From Octopus vulgaris (lineage: Eukaryota), in NCBI GenBank assembly GCA_951406725.2, contig OX597815.1, positions 190,030,001 through 190,094,000 of the forward strand: 64,000 bases of DNA. The letters are read 5' to 3'. Numbering within the stretch: position 1 is the first letter of the stretch; each line of letters starts with the position of its first letter. Below, piece after piece: positions 24,735 to 37,387 of the stretch. The notes below the pieces were generated by a model. The model searched no databases. It saw only the letters and a program-made list of their open reading frames with translations, and was not told the origin of the DNA. Both the position numbers and the translations under genes were made by a program.

Positions 24735-24880
24735 TATATATATATACATACATGCATACTTACACACCTAAAATAGATTGAATAGATAGAGAGAAAGAGA
24801 AAGACAGTAAGAGACAGAGACAGACAAAGACAAACAGACAGATAGGCAGAGATACACACGCATGAATTTTTTTTATTCTA

Positions 24881-25008
24881 GCTGAAAGCTAAATTATTTA
24901 CAAGAGATCTTTTCATTTCATCTTATGCATCGTTAGAGTAAATTGGATTTTCACCAACAATTCATAAGATGAAATGATAGATCTTTCATATATAATTTAG
25001 CTTTCAGC
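24881..25008. repeat. Inverted repeat (~53-bp arms)
   Basis: GCTGAAAGCTAAATTAT..TCATTTCATCTTATG / CATAAGATGAAATGA..ATAATTTAGCTTTCAGC. Confidence 0.8.
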
Positions 25009-25281
25009 GAAAATCAAAATTTATATATCACACTCTACTTTGTTATAAACTGCTATTGAGGTCCTTTTTTTCAAAGGTGTGATTATTTCTTCTAATGTTT
25101 AAACATAGTTTCATATATATATTTATCTATATATATATGTGTGCACGTATATACATGTGTTTTTTCTTTTGTGCGTGTGTGTGCCTGTCTATCTGTGTGT
25201 GTGTGGATATATATATATATATACACATATATTTATATTTAAATATATATATATATATACACACACATATATATATATCTA

Positions 25282-25317
<36 letters not shown>

Positions 25318-26162
25318 TGTATGTATGTATATTATTATTCTTAGAGTACACAAGGCTTGAGCATTCGGCCACATTCTCTTCAGTCAGCTGACATACTGAC
25401 ATTGAAAGTGATTGGCTGAAATACTTGGGCACTAGCATTAGGGCTTCTCATACACACATACACACATATACACACACAAACACACACACATACTCACACA
25501 CACGCACACACATACACACATGCCTTAAACACTTTTAACCATACTATTAACAAGCATTTTCAAATAATACTGCTTAAAATTTGAACCAATCTTTCTGAAA
25601 TGCCACAAGTGAAGATTATTTGCATTGCCTTTGAAGGTTCTGAAATCTAGCTTTAATTTAATTTAATTTAATTTAATTCAATAATCTTCTATATATGCTA
25701 TAGCAAAATAAGTAAACTAAATAAATAAATAAATAAATAAATGGATAAATAAATGGATGAAAACAGAGTCGCTATCTTACCATCAAGAACCATTTTGACT
25801 TATTAGGTAGCATTGATTCTAGTGTTTTGCAGATATATTTGTGCACATATCTGTGTTGTGTTGTGTCGCTTCACATCAAAAAATAACTTTACTATTCAAT
25901 AAAGAAAGAATGATAAATGAATATCTTTTCTATTAATAAGCACAAGGCCTGGAATTTGGGGAAGGAGAACAGTCAATTACATTGCCCCCAATACTCAACT
26001 GGTACTTAATTTATCGACTCTAAAAGGATGAAAGGCAAAGTCATCCTTGGCTGACTTTGAACTCAGAATGTGAAGATAGACAAAATGCCACTAAGCATTC
26101 AACCCGCCAGGTTAATGATTCTGGCAGTTTGCTGCCCTAACTGATAGATAAATATATAAACA

Positions 26163-26897
26163 AACAAGAGCACTCAGAGAGCACAGACCTCCACCAAGGT
26201 AACACCAACATCCTCTCAATGATTAACCAGAGATGATTTTTAAAATGAGAATATCTGAAATGAACTTGACTGCTCTCACAAATGAGAATACTAACAATTA
26301 ACCCGACTGCTCTCAAAAATTAAGTATAAAAACAGGAAAAATAATCCAGAATCCTTGTCTTATACCAGATCGATCCGCAAATCTAATCAGATTGCGCCAG
26401 TCATGAGGCCAAACATCCCTCAAAGTTTCATCCAAATTTATCCAGCAGATCTTGAGATATCTTGTCCATGGTTAAACAAAGAAACAAACATACAAAAACA
26501 ATCCCTCCACTTTAGCAAAGGCGGAAGTAACAAGAGGACTCAGAGAGTGCAAACCTCCACCAAACAAAGCACCAACGTCCTCTCAATAATTAGCCAGAGA
26601 TGATTTTTAATATGAGAATATCTGAAATAAACTCGACTGCTCTCTCAAAAAGAGAATACTAGGAAGGAACCCGATTGTTCTCAAAATTGAAGTAAAAAAC
26701 TGGAAAAATAATCCAGAATCCTTGTCCAGTACCGGATCGATCCCAAAATCTAATCCCTTCGTGCCAGTTACGAGGCCAAACATCCCTGAAAGCTTCATTT
26801 GAATTCATCCAGCGGTTCTTGAGATATCTTGTCCACAGACAAACAAACAAACACAACTGAAAACAATACCTCTGCCTTCACTAAGGTGGAGGTAATA
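26163..26897 (+). mobile_element. Tandem dimer (~366-bp period) of a Helentron/HINE-like non-autonomous element
   Basis: Subterminal ACCTCCACCAAGG, (CAAA)n tract and terminal hairpin TACCTCTGCCTT-CACT-AAGGTGGAGGTA; partial third copy at 29937-30125. Confidence 0.7.
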
Positions 26898-27499
26898 AGC
26901 ATTGGTTGACTAAAATGACCTGCAACATCATGTTTCCAGTTAAATTGCAGTTCAACGACTGAAATCAATAATAATAGTATAAAAGAACGTGGCCAATGCC
27001 AGCGCTGCCTTGACTGGTTTCCATGCCGGTGGCACGTAAAAAGCACCAACCGATCATGGCCGTTTTTAAACCTTGCCTGACACCTGTGCCGGTGGCACAT
27101 AAAACGCACCCACTACACTCACAGAGTGGTTGGCATTAGGAAGGACATCCAACACTGCCAAATCAGACTGGAGCCTGGTGGAGCCTCCTGGCTTCTCAGA
27201 CCCCGGTCGAACCGTCCAACCCATGCTAGCATGGAAAACAGACGTTAAACGATGATGATGATGATGAAAAGAAATATTATGAATGATAAATTTAAATGGT
27301 GTTGAGAAAGGTTATTGCAGATTATAAATGATAACAGCAAGTCTAATTTTTAAAATATCAGATTATAATTATTATTTGTGAATTACAGGAATGTCTTTTG
27401 ATATTTAGTTGCATTCTTTTATGATCTAGGTTCAAATCTTGCAAATATCAGCTTTGACTGTCATTCTTTCTGGTTTCAAGTAAAACAGAAATAGTCAGG

Positions 27500-28312
27500 T
27501 ACAGATAAAGAAATAATTTTATTCTCAACTGCAGGATAATGCTAGTAACATAGCATAAAAAGGATAAACTATCCATATTTTGCAGTAAAATCTGTCAGTG
27601 GTCAGCCATGAAACTCGAACTCACACCCCTATGATTTCACATCAGGTGCTTTACCATTAAACTAAACTACCAAAACGACAAATTCTTCTGCAAATGAAAG
27701 ATATATAAATCTAGCTTTATAAGTCACTATTGTACATTAAATTCAACTTACGTTGAAAGTCAACAAACAAAGTTTGCTTTAGAAGTGTTGAGATGTATTA
27801 AAAGATACAGAAAAGGAAATAATTTTATTCTCAAACGCACGATAATGCTAATAACATAACATAAAAAGGATAAACTATCCATATTTTGCAGAAAAATCTC
27901 TCGGTAGTCAGCCATGAGACTTGAACTCACATCCCTGGGATTTCATGTCAAGTGCTTTACCTTTAAGCTAAACTGACCCAACTACAAATTCTTCTGCAAA
28001 TTTAGGATTTATAAATCTAGCTTTATAAGATGCTAACATATGTTAAATTCAACTTATGTTGAAAGTCAACAAACATAGTTTGCTTTAGAAGTGTTGAGAT
28101 GTATTGAAAGATACAGAGAAGGATATAATTTTATTCTCAAACACAGGGAAACACGGAAAGGATAAACTATCCCTATTTTGCAGAAAAATCTGCTAGCGGC
28201 TAGCCATGAGACACAAATTCACATCCTTGTGATTATGCATCAAGTGCTTTACCATTAAGCTAAACTGCCCAAACAACAAATTGTTCTGCAAATTTAGGAT
28301 GTATAAATCTAG
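27500..28312 (-). repeat. Three tandem ~306-bp units, each with a tRNA-like cloverleaf (tRNA pseudogene or SINE head)
   Basis: ATAATTTTATTCTCAA recurs at a 306-bp period; minus strand GGTCAGTTTAGCTTAAAGGTAAAGCA..GTGAGTTCAAGTCTCATGGCTGACT. Confidence 0.75.
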
Positions 28313-29041
28313 TCAGTTTGAGGATTGATTCATTCGACTTAACCACTTCCTTATAAATTTCTAACAATGTAAAACATCTTTATTATTTATATTACTAGAA
28401 CTCAACTCAAAACTGAGCTGCGGGATTCCTGTCTATCATATTCATAGCAATAATGAATGTAAATTTTCTCATTATTTTTTATGTAGTTATATTGATTACA
28501 CCATGAAATTATGTGGCATTGTGATTAGGGAGTTGCACTCATGATAATTAGATTGTGAGTTTCAATTTCAGGCTAAAGCTAAAAATAAGTATCAGCAGCA
28601 GGGTTGACCCTTTAATGGACTGAATTTCTGTTCCAAATTTGCCTTGAAAATCCAAATGAACTCCTGGCTTCAAAAATCTGTAGACTTGAAGGAAACTTTC
28701 TAAAATCACACAGGACCAACGTACACAGAGTTCCTTTCAAAGTGAAAAATAAAATTCATTGAAATGGAGAGGGGTCAGTACACTCGAGGAAAAGGAACAA
28801 CAACAAACGAAATAAAAATAACTCTAATTTCAAGAGAATGGTAATACTCAATAGATCTAGGTTATATGTATATAAAAATGTTGATACGATTTGTCTTTAA
28901 AAGGTGAACGGTAGATATTCTTGACTTTCTGATATTAATGGATCCACTTCAAATAATAAAACAATTGGAATAACTCAAAGAAAATGTCAAAGCATTGAAA
29001 AGGTCAAACTGGAAAGATGCTTTGCACACCATTATTATTAA

Positions 29042-29424
29042 CTAGCAGTATCGCCTGGCGTTGCTCGGGTTTGTAAGGGAAATAACTATATAAGAATTTT
29101 TAGAGATGTAAAGTATAAAAGCCATCTCAATATGGCTAACCACAAAGGGGAGGTGTTACTGTAGCTTTTTATGTTCTGAGATTTAATAATAGATTTTTAG
29201 AGAGTTATTTCCCTTATATATGCCAAAAATGCATTAAAAATGGGAAAATGTGATGGTAAATTTTTTTTTAAATCATAGACTCATCGTAGATGCGCGCTAA
29301 TACCCAGAAGGGCTCAATATGAATCATGACTATGAGATTAAACTGCACCGCAAAATGTGGGAGTAGTTAGGAATCTAAATCGTAGGAGACAGACAGCACA
29401 CAACCTCACTTTTATATATAAAGA
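29042..29424 (-). mobile_element. Non-autonomous Helitron
   Basis: Minus strand A|TC start, 3' hairpin CCCGAGCAACGCCAGG, CTAG|T end; related copies at 48832-49344 and 63741-64000. Confidence 0.82.
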
Positions 29425-29425
29425 T

Positions 29426-29775
29426 TTGTCTGATTTTGTTGACGATGACCAAGGACATCATATGGGAGAAGACAAAGTACAGTGTGTCTGGCTGTGGTCG
29501 GTCAGTCTGGGGCATGCTCAGAAGGATCTGCCAAAATTTGGGAACTGATAATCTGTTGGAATTGAAGGCAAGGATTTGACTCTGGACTTGCATAGTTCAT
29601 GTTTCCTTTATGCTCTTGCAATCCTCATTTATTCATAGAAAGTGGCATCATTGTCGGTGCATCTTTACCAGGTGTGGCAATCTTCTGCTTGCATTTCTCA
29701 GGTGTTGAGGTTGATCTCAAAGCTCCTCAGTGAGGTTTTGAGTGCACCCTTGAAGTAAGTGCACAACTGAAACAA
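29426..29775 (-). mobile_element. Decayed RTE/BovB-like LINE 3' end
   Basis: Minus translation with stops YFKGALKTSLRSFEINLNT*EMQAEDCHTW..RIARA*RKH and a remnant of the terminal C2H2-like finger. Confidence 0.55.
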
Positions 29776-29847
29776 GTCTTGCAACCTTTACTATAGTACA
29801 CATATGTACACACATAAAATCAATAGGACTCTATATTTATGCTGATC

Positions 29848-30848
29848 CAGGGCCAAAATAAGATCCATAGAAATTGTATGCACTGAAAAGATTATGGTGC
29901 CTCCATATATATGGAATTCAAAATATGAACAATTTTAATCCAGAATCCTTGTCCTGTACCGGATCGATCCCAAAATCTAATCAGTTAATGACATTCACGA
30001 GGCCAAGCATCCCTGAAAGTTTCTTCAGAATCCATGCAGTGGTTCTTGAGCAATCATGTCCATGGACAAACAAACAAACATGACTGTAAACAATACCTCC
30101 GCCTTCACTAAGACGGAGTTAATAAGCCATAAAATAAATTTTTGTTTTTCAAAATGAAACAAAACAGTAAGATGGGAAATAATGTTTATTTTTGCTTACT
30201 TCCGCATTATTTATATTTGAAAAGTTATATCCTACTTTTTTTAATTGCAAAGTCTTTCATCAAATCCTCACCATGACACCATCAATTCTCCAAAATTATA
30301 TTTACTATCATATAAACCACTCTCTTTACTCTTTACTTGTTTCAGTCATTTGACTGCGGCCATGCTGGAGCACCGCCTTTAATCGAGCAACTCGACCTCG
30401 GGACTTATTCTTTTGTAAGCCCAGTACTTATTCTGTCGGTCTCTTTTGCCGAACTGCTAAGTAACGGGGACATAAACACACCAGCATCGGTTGTCAAGCA
30501 ATGCTAGGGGGACAAACACAGACACACAGACATACACGCACACACACATATATATATATATATACATATATACGACGGGCTTCTTTCAGTTTCCGTCTAC
30601 CAAATCCACTCACAAGGCTTTGGTCGGCCCAAGGCTATAGTAGAAGACACTTGCCCAAGGTACCACACAGTGGGACTGAACCCGGAACCATGTGGTTGGT
30701 AAACAAGCTACTTACCACACAACCACTCCTGCACCACTCTGAATATTATTTTACTAAGTTTTAAATCATTTATTATTTCTGGGGTGCCTCTTCTTCCCTT
30801 GATCCCCAAATCCCTTGCTTATTTTGCTTAATGATTAATCTAGCACTG
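29848..30848 (-). mobile_element. Second, diverged copy of the 18836-19921 hAT-type MITE with nested insertions
   Basis: 30780-30848 matches the reverse complement of 18836-18905; 30130-30230 matches 19700-19790; no clear TSD. Confidence 0.7.
30319..30735 (-). mobile_element. S1 SINE
   Basis: Colinear with 761-1190. Confidence 0.9.
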
Positions 30849-31096
30849 CTAAGACCGCATCATCTGATTCCATGGTTTTCAACCAGGGTCCATGTGGCCC
30901 TCAGGGATCCATACAAGATTTTGTTGTTAAACTCTTTGCACAATAAAATTGTTTCTACTTCCACAATACATAAAAATATTTGAACAATTTTTCATACAAT
31001 TCCTAATAATATTTAATAATGAAAATTTAATCTGATTTTTTTAAACATCAAATGGCTAGGAAGGTCCATTTGAGTAAAACAGAAATCAAAGGGGTC

Positions 31097-31962
31097 ATCG
31101 TCATCATTTAACGTTCCCTTCCATGCTGGCATGGGTTGGATGGTTTGACTGAGGACTGGCAAGCCAGAAGGCTGCACCAGGCTCCAATCTGATCTGGCTA
31201 GGTTTCTACAGCTGGATGACCTTCCTAATGCCAGCCACTCTGAGAGTGTAGCAGGTGCTTTTTATGTGCCACTGGCATGAGGGCCAGTCAAGCGGTACTG
31301 GCATCGACCATGTTCAAATGGTGCTTTTTATATGCCACCAGCACTGGCATTGACCACACTTGAATGGTCCTTTTTACGTGCCACCTACATGGGAGCCAGT
31401 CAGATGGCACTGGCAATGATCATGTTTGAATAGTGCTTTTTACATTCCACTGGCACGGGACTAGTCAGCCAGGACTAGCATTGACCATACTTGAATGGTG
31501 CTTTTTACGTGCCACCGGCATGGGAATCCGTGAAGCAGCACTGGCAATGATCATGTTCGAATGGTGCTTTTTACATGCCCCCGGCACAGACCAGTCAGCC
31601 AGCACTGGCATTGACCACACTTGAATGGTGCTTTTTACTTGTCACCGGCACAGGTGCCAATTTGGCGGTACTGTCATTTTATGGTGGTGAGCTGGCAGAA
31701 ACGTTAGCACGCCAGGCAAAATGCTTAGCGGTAGTTCGTCTGGCCCTACGTTCTGAGTTCAAATTCCGCCGAGGTTGACTTTGCCTTTCATCCTTTCGGG
31801 GTCGATAAATTAAATACCAGTTAGACACCGGGGTCGATGTAATCTACTTAATATCTATGTCTGTCCTTGTTTGTCCCCCCCTATGTTTAACTCCTTGTGG
31901 GTAATAAAGAAATAGGTACTGTCATTGGCCATGGCAATGACTTCACTTGACTCAACAGGTCT
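31097..31962 (-). mobile_element. RTE 3'-UTR fragment with an expanded ~60-bp repeat, interrupted by an S2 SINE (31683-31918)
   Basis: Reverse complement of ~15900-16290 with more repeat units. Confidence 0.8.
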
Positions 31963-33374
31963 TGAGAAACACTGATGTAATGTACCCTTTTTATTTTTAT
32001 ATTTGAAGGGATTGCTACTTTGAACAGATTGATTGATTGTGGAGACACTTTCACACGGATTCAAAATTTAGCAGACTGAGGAACTGTACACGAATTTTTC
32101 TTTTTCATTTGATTGAAAACTTGTTTAATTATCTTGATTGTGTGACGTTTATTTAGAGAGAAGACCATACAAAGAGAAACAAGAAGAAAAAAAAAACAAC
32201 AGAAATTTCTTTTGATTTCTACATATAGAAAACACAAAGCTGGTAATACAATTAACCATTTTTTAAAAATTTGTAATTTTATTTTAAGTAGACATGGAAA
32301 TATCACTTCTAGCATAAAAATGAAAAAAAAAAAAACCTGTTTTGCAACAATTTATAGAATATAAAAATTTCAAAACTGTAATAATTGTATATAGAGAAGA
32401 GACAATAACATTTGCTAAGGAGAAAATTTAATTTATAGTTAGGATGCTGAGAAAAAGTAATGTGGTTTCAAGATTTTGTACGTCAGATCTTATATTCGTG
32501 TTTCAGCATGATTATAGAAATATTTTTTTTGGTTGTTGTTGATAATTGAATATTTTCCAGTTACTAGTGAAACATCACGTGATCATGTGATCGACCAAAC
32601 TATCAGATGTTGTTATACATCGCTGGTCACAATACACTTCACATAATTTTAGCTTTCGGATGACGTCGCATCAGTGGCTAGACAAGCAGGTCAAAATTCC
32701 TTCTGGTTGGAAGGCTGGTCTGTCGCAGGGTTACCCATTTACATCTAAGTGGACTGTAGCATTGAAAAGTAAAACGTTTTGCTCAAGAACACAATGCACA
32801 ACAGATCTGGGAATTGAACCTACAATTTCACGATTGAGACTACAACACACCTAACCACTCAGCCACAAAAATAACAAAAAAAATGTTGAGACATCTTAGC
32901 AAAGGATTTGGGAACTCCTCAGCCCCAGAGGAAATTTTACCCATTTACCCATAGGGTTGGGGGATTAAGAAATTCCTTTTGCAACATCATGGTTTTGGGT
33001 TCAATTCTACTGTGTGGTACCAAGGGCAATTGTCCTCTCCTATTGCCTCAGATTGAACGATTATGTTCTGTGAATGAAATTTGATAGACAGAACTGTAAG
33101 AAAGACTTGTGCGTGTGTGTGTGAGTGTATGTATGTGAGTATGTGTGCATGTGTCAATTTGTGTATGGGTGTGTGTGTGTGTGTGTGCACATGAGTTCAC
33201 ATGAGGGGTGGGGTAAAAATGCTTATGTCTTGCAAAAATAAAAACGTCCAGCATCTTGACAATTCTTGGCAGGTCTTAGCAGTTCTTGGCAGCGTGTGAA
33301 GATGTGGAATAAAGTACATCACTTAATAACAAGCAAGGCTGGCATCACAAGGAACATCCAGCTCCTGAAGACTC

Positions 33375-33820
33375 ATTGGTGGTAGCGGTGGCAGTGGGGT
33401 GGTAGTGGTGGTGGTGGTGGCGGCGGCGGTGGTGGTGGTGGTGGTGGTGGTGGTGGTGGTGGTGGTGGTGGTGGTGGTGGTGGTGGCGGTGGTGGTGGTG
33501 GTGGTGGTGGTGGTGGTGGTGGTGGTGGTGTGGTGGTGGTGGTGGTGGTGGTGGTGGTGGTGGTGGTGGTGGTGGTGGTAGTGCTGGTGGTGGTGGTGGT
33601 AGTGGTGGTGGTAGTGGGTGGTGGTGGTGGTGGTGGCGGTGGTAGTGGTGGTGGTAGTGGTGGTGGTAGTGGATGGTGGTGGTGGTGGTGGCGGTGGTAG
33701 TGGTGGTGGTGGTGGTGGTGGTGGTGGTGGTGGTAGTGGATGGTGGTGGTGGTGGTGGCGGTGGTAGTGGTGGTGGTGGTGGTGGTGGTGGTTGTGGTGA
33801 TGATCATGGTGGTGGTGAGG
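33375..33820. repeat. (GGT)n microsatellite, ~440 bp
   Basis: Direct inspection. Confidence 0.95.
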
Positions 33821-34039
33821 ACAATGATGTCAATGACCTACTGACAAAGTCTCTAAAAGGTGGCAGTCATATAAATTGGCAAAATTTAAGAGTTATTCTT
33901 CTTCTCAGGCATGGCCATGTGGCAAGACGTTTGCTTCCCAACCACATGGTTGCAGGTTCAGTCCCTCTGTGTGGTATCTTGGGTAAGCGTCATCTACTGG
34001 GTTCTCGTTCCTAAGGTAAATTTCGATGTCATCTCTTTC

Positions 34040-34435
34040 TCTCTTTTACTTGTTTCAGTCATTTGACTGCGGCCATGCCGGAGCACCACCTTTAATCGAG
34101 CAACTCGACCCCGGGACTTATTCTTTTGTAAGCCCAGTACTTATTCTATCGGTCTCTTTTGCCGAACCGCTAATTAACGGGAACATAAACACACCAGCAT
34201 CGGTTGTCAAGCAATGCTAGGGGGACAAACACAGACACACAAACACACACACACATATATATATACATATATACGACGGGCTTCTTTCAGTTTCCGTCTA
34301 CCAAATCCACTCACAAGGCTTTGGTCGGCCCGAGGCTATAGTAGAAGACACTTGCCCAAGGTGCTATGCAGTGGGACTGAACCCGGAACCATGTGGTTGG
34401 TAAACAAGCTACTTACCACACAGCCACTCCTGCGT
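34040..34435 (-). mobile_element. S1 SINE
   Basis: Colinear with 761-1190. Confidence 0.9.
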
Positions 34436-35057
34436 CATTATCATTATTATTTTTTTTTTTCTTCCTTTCTTCTAATTTTCTTCCATTTCTCGCCAAGTGT
34501 TTTCTGTACACCTAGGGCAGAGAAGCTCATTGCATGCATTCCCAGATTACACACGAAAATTCACAAGTAAAATAAGTATTTAAAAAAATTAATAAATAAA
34601 TAAATTCATGAATGGATGTTGTTTTCACAGCGATAATGCTCTTCTTAATACATGAGCCGTTCCAGTTAACACGATTTTTTGCACTTCCTGTAGGGACGGT
34701 AAGCCTGGTATCATTTTCAAATATGTTTCGATACCTTTTTTTATCATTCTTAGAGATCCTACAATCAGTGGTACTGTAGTCACCTTGAGATGCCACATTT
34801 TTTCAATTTCTGTTAGCAAGTCTTATATTTACTGATCTTGTCAAATTTTTTCACTGCAATATTGTGATCACAAGGAATACTCATGTCAATTAATAAACAC
34901 ATCCTTTTTGTCTGATCTTTTATAATAATATCCGGTTTATTAGCTTTTATAGTTTTGTCAGTATGTATGGGGAAGTCCCACAGAATTGTCACATTTTCTC
35001 CCTCAGTCACAGCTTCAGGATGGTGTTTATACCAATTGTCAGCAGTTTTGATTTTAT
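34436..35057 (-). mobile_element. R4/Dong 3' fragment (family B)
   Basis: TEGENVTILWDFPIHTDKTIKANKPDIII..CLLIDMSIP..EIEKMWHLK..QKIVLTGTAHVLRRAL, 3' UTR similar to 58860-59040, (TAA/TGA)n tail. Confidence 0.88.
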
Positions 35058-35236
35058 ATTATTTGTTGTTGTTGTTGTTGTTCAGGTCACTACCTGGAAT
35101 CAACCTCGGAATCTTGGGGTTAGTAGCCCATGCTCTTAACCACTACACCATATGCCCATGGTTCACCAACTTTGTTCAGTGTAATCAGTGAACCTGCAAG
35201 AAGTGACAACCTAATCTCCCTCGTATCCTACCCTAT

Positions 35237-35306
<70 letters not shown>

Positions 35307-35810
35307 TGTGTATGTGTAGAATGGTCATGACAGGAATGTTTTGGGTAATAGGTTTGCTACATAAAAGCCAACTGAGGGCTAAAGAACAACAGTAACACAA
35401 AAGCTAAGGATGAAAAAAAAACCAAAAGAAATAACTAAACTAAAAGAGTCTTGTGATACAGTCTTAGATAAAATGATTAATCGAATTTGAAAGAATTATG
35501 CAAAACCTGAATCACACAGTTTGTGATTAATTAAAGAAATGTGTGAATTAAATAATACTTGATTATTTTATTTTATTTCATCTTATATTTCATTTCACAA
35601 CTTGTGAAGTAAACAACTGCTCCATTGGTTACAATTTTCCAACAGGCAAATCACTGGCTCGTATTATTTCTGACAGCAAGAGTGACAAAGAACTGTCTTA
35701 AACTCAAAAGGGGCTTCTTACATGTAAAGGACTTTGCAACTTTGTTCAAGGATCATTAGCTTGTCACCAATAATACATCCTTTACTGAAAGGCATACATG
35801 CATATATATA

Positions 35811-35899
<89 letters not shown>

Positions 35900-35976
35900 A
35901 TGTATATAAAAATTTTTTTCATAATGAGATAAAAAACCAAGGCTGAGTAGATTTTAGAACATTTATAGACTAAAGG

Positions 35977-36022
35977 TCTTACAGGTATTTCCAGGATATT
36001 TATTATATCCCTTCATCAGAGA
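35977..36022 (-). ncRNA. Minimal type I hammerhead ribozyme-like motif within a (TA)n-flanked island (~35910-36250)
   Basis: Minus strand TCT-CTGATGA-A-GGGATAT-AATAA-ATATCCT-G-GAAA-TACCTG-TA-AGA. Confidence 0.6.
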
Positions 36023-36248
36023 TGGCGTGAGAGGATGGTTAAGTAATAAAAATTTAGATGTGATACAAAAAGTGAGGTGGAGGAAAGAAAATAGATGTGA
36101 GATACATAGGGATATTGAATTTGTAGATCCATTTTTTAGGCAAAATGTAATACATGTAAGATTCCAATACTTTATGAGTAAAATCTAACAGTATTTAAAA
36201 TTGGTCATTCCAAATATCGAGTCTATATGCAGTGTTTTTGAATCAAAG

Positions 36249-36308
<60 letters not shown>

Positions 36309-36795
36309 CATCATCATCGTTTGACATCCATTTTCATTTCTAGCATGGGTTGGATGGTTTGACTGAGGTCTGGCAAGCCAAGGGGCTGCACCAGGCTCCA
36401 ATTTGATCTGGTAATGTTTCTACAGGTGGATGCCCTTCCTAATGCCAACCACTCCGAGAGTGTAGCAGGTGCATTTTACATGCTACTAGCACAGGAACCA
36501 GTCAGAGGGCACTGGCATTGGCCACATTTGGATGAGTGCTTTTTATGTGCCACTAGCATTTTTACCTACACTGTGTTATGTGTGAGTGTGTGGGTGTAGT
36601 GCCTGAGATTATGGAAGATAAATCGCTTGAGCTAGTTGTCGCATGGTGGGATTGAACTGGGAACCACATAGTACCTAAGCAAACTTCTATAGCACACATC
36701 CATCTCTGCTCTTATGTATTCTTTTATTTCATTCATTTGACTATGGCCATGGTGGAGCACTACCTTTAGTCAAACAGATCAACCCCAGTATTTAT

Positions 36796-36854
<59 letters not shown>

Positions 36855-37150
36855 TGAGGGAATATTATTCCAAACTTACAGGGAAAAATTCAATTTAGAA
36901 ATGCTAAATTAAATTTCACAAAATATAATATATATATATATATATAAATTAGAAAAAAAAACAACTTTTATCAATTCAATAATGAATAATCAAATTATAC
37001 CATCTAGAAAATTACATATAAAATATATTCCTTTCTAGATGGTATAGGAATATCCTTCAAAGATGAATTCAAAAAAAGTGGTTCTATTTTACCTGTAAGT
37101 TCTGAAGGTAACCTCTCAGAAACGTTAGTTATGAATATATAATAATAATG

Positions 37151-37201
<51 letters not shown>

Positions 37202-37345
37202 TGTGGGAACATTGTTCCAAACTTACAGGGAAAATTTCAATTTAGAAATACTAAATCAAATTTCACAAAATATAATATAATTTAATTATTCATTATTGAA
37301 TTGATAAAAGGTGTGTTTTTTTTTAATTTATATGTATATGCATAA

Positions 37346-37387
<42 letters not shown>

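Noticed and set aside
30870-31974. hAT MITE spanning nested insertions
   Set aside because: The left end resembles the 20243 MITE TIR, but the candidate TSD matches only 5 of 8 and the right end is ambiguous.
33373-34014. Poly-Pro/Thr/His and poly-Val/Gly ORFs
   Set aside because: (GGT)n microsatellite.
35646-35723. Possible 78-bp exon (TTTTCCAACAG..GTAAAG)
   Set aside because: Weak donor, no recognisable peptide, and phase incompatible with the 47562 candidate.
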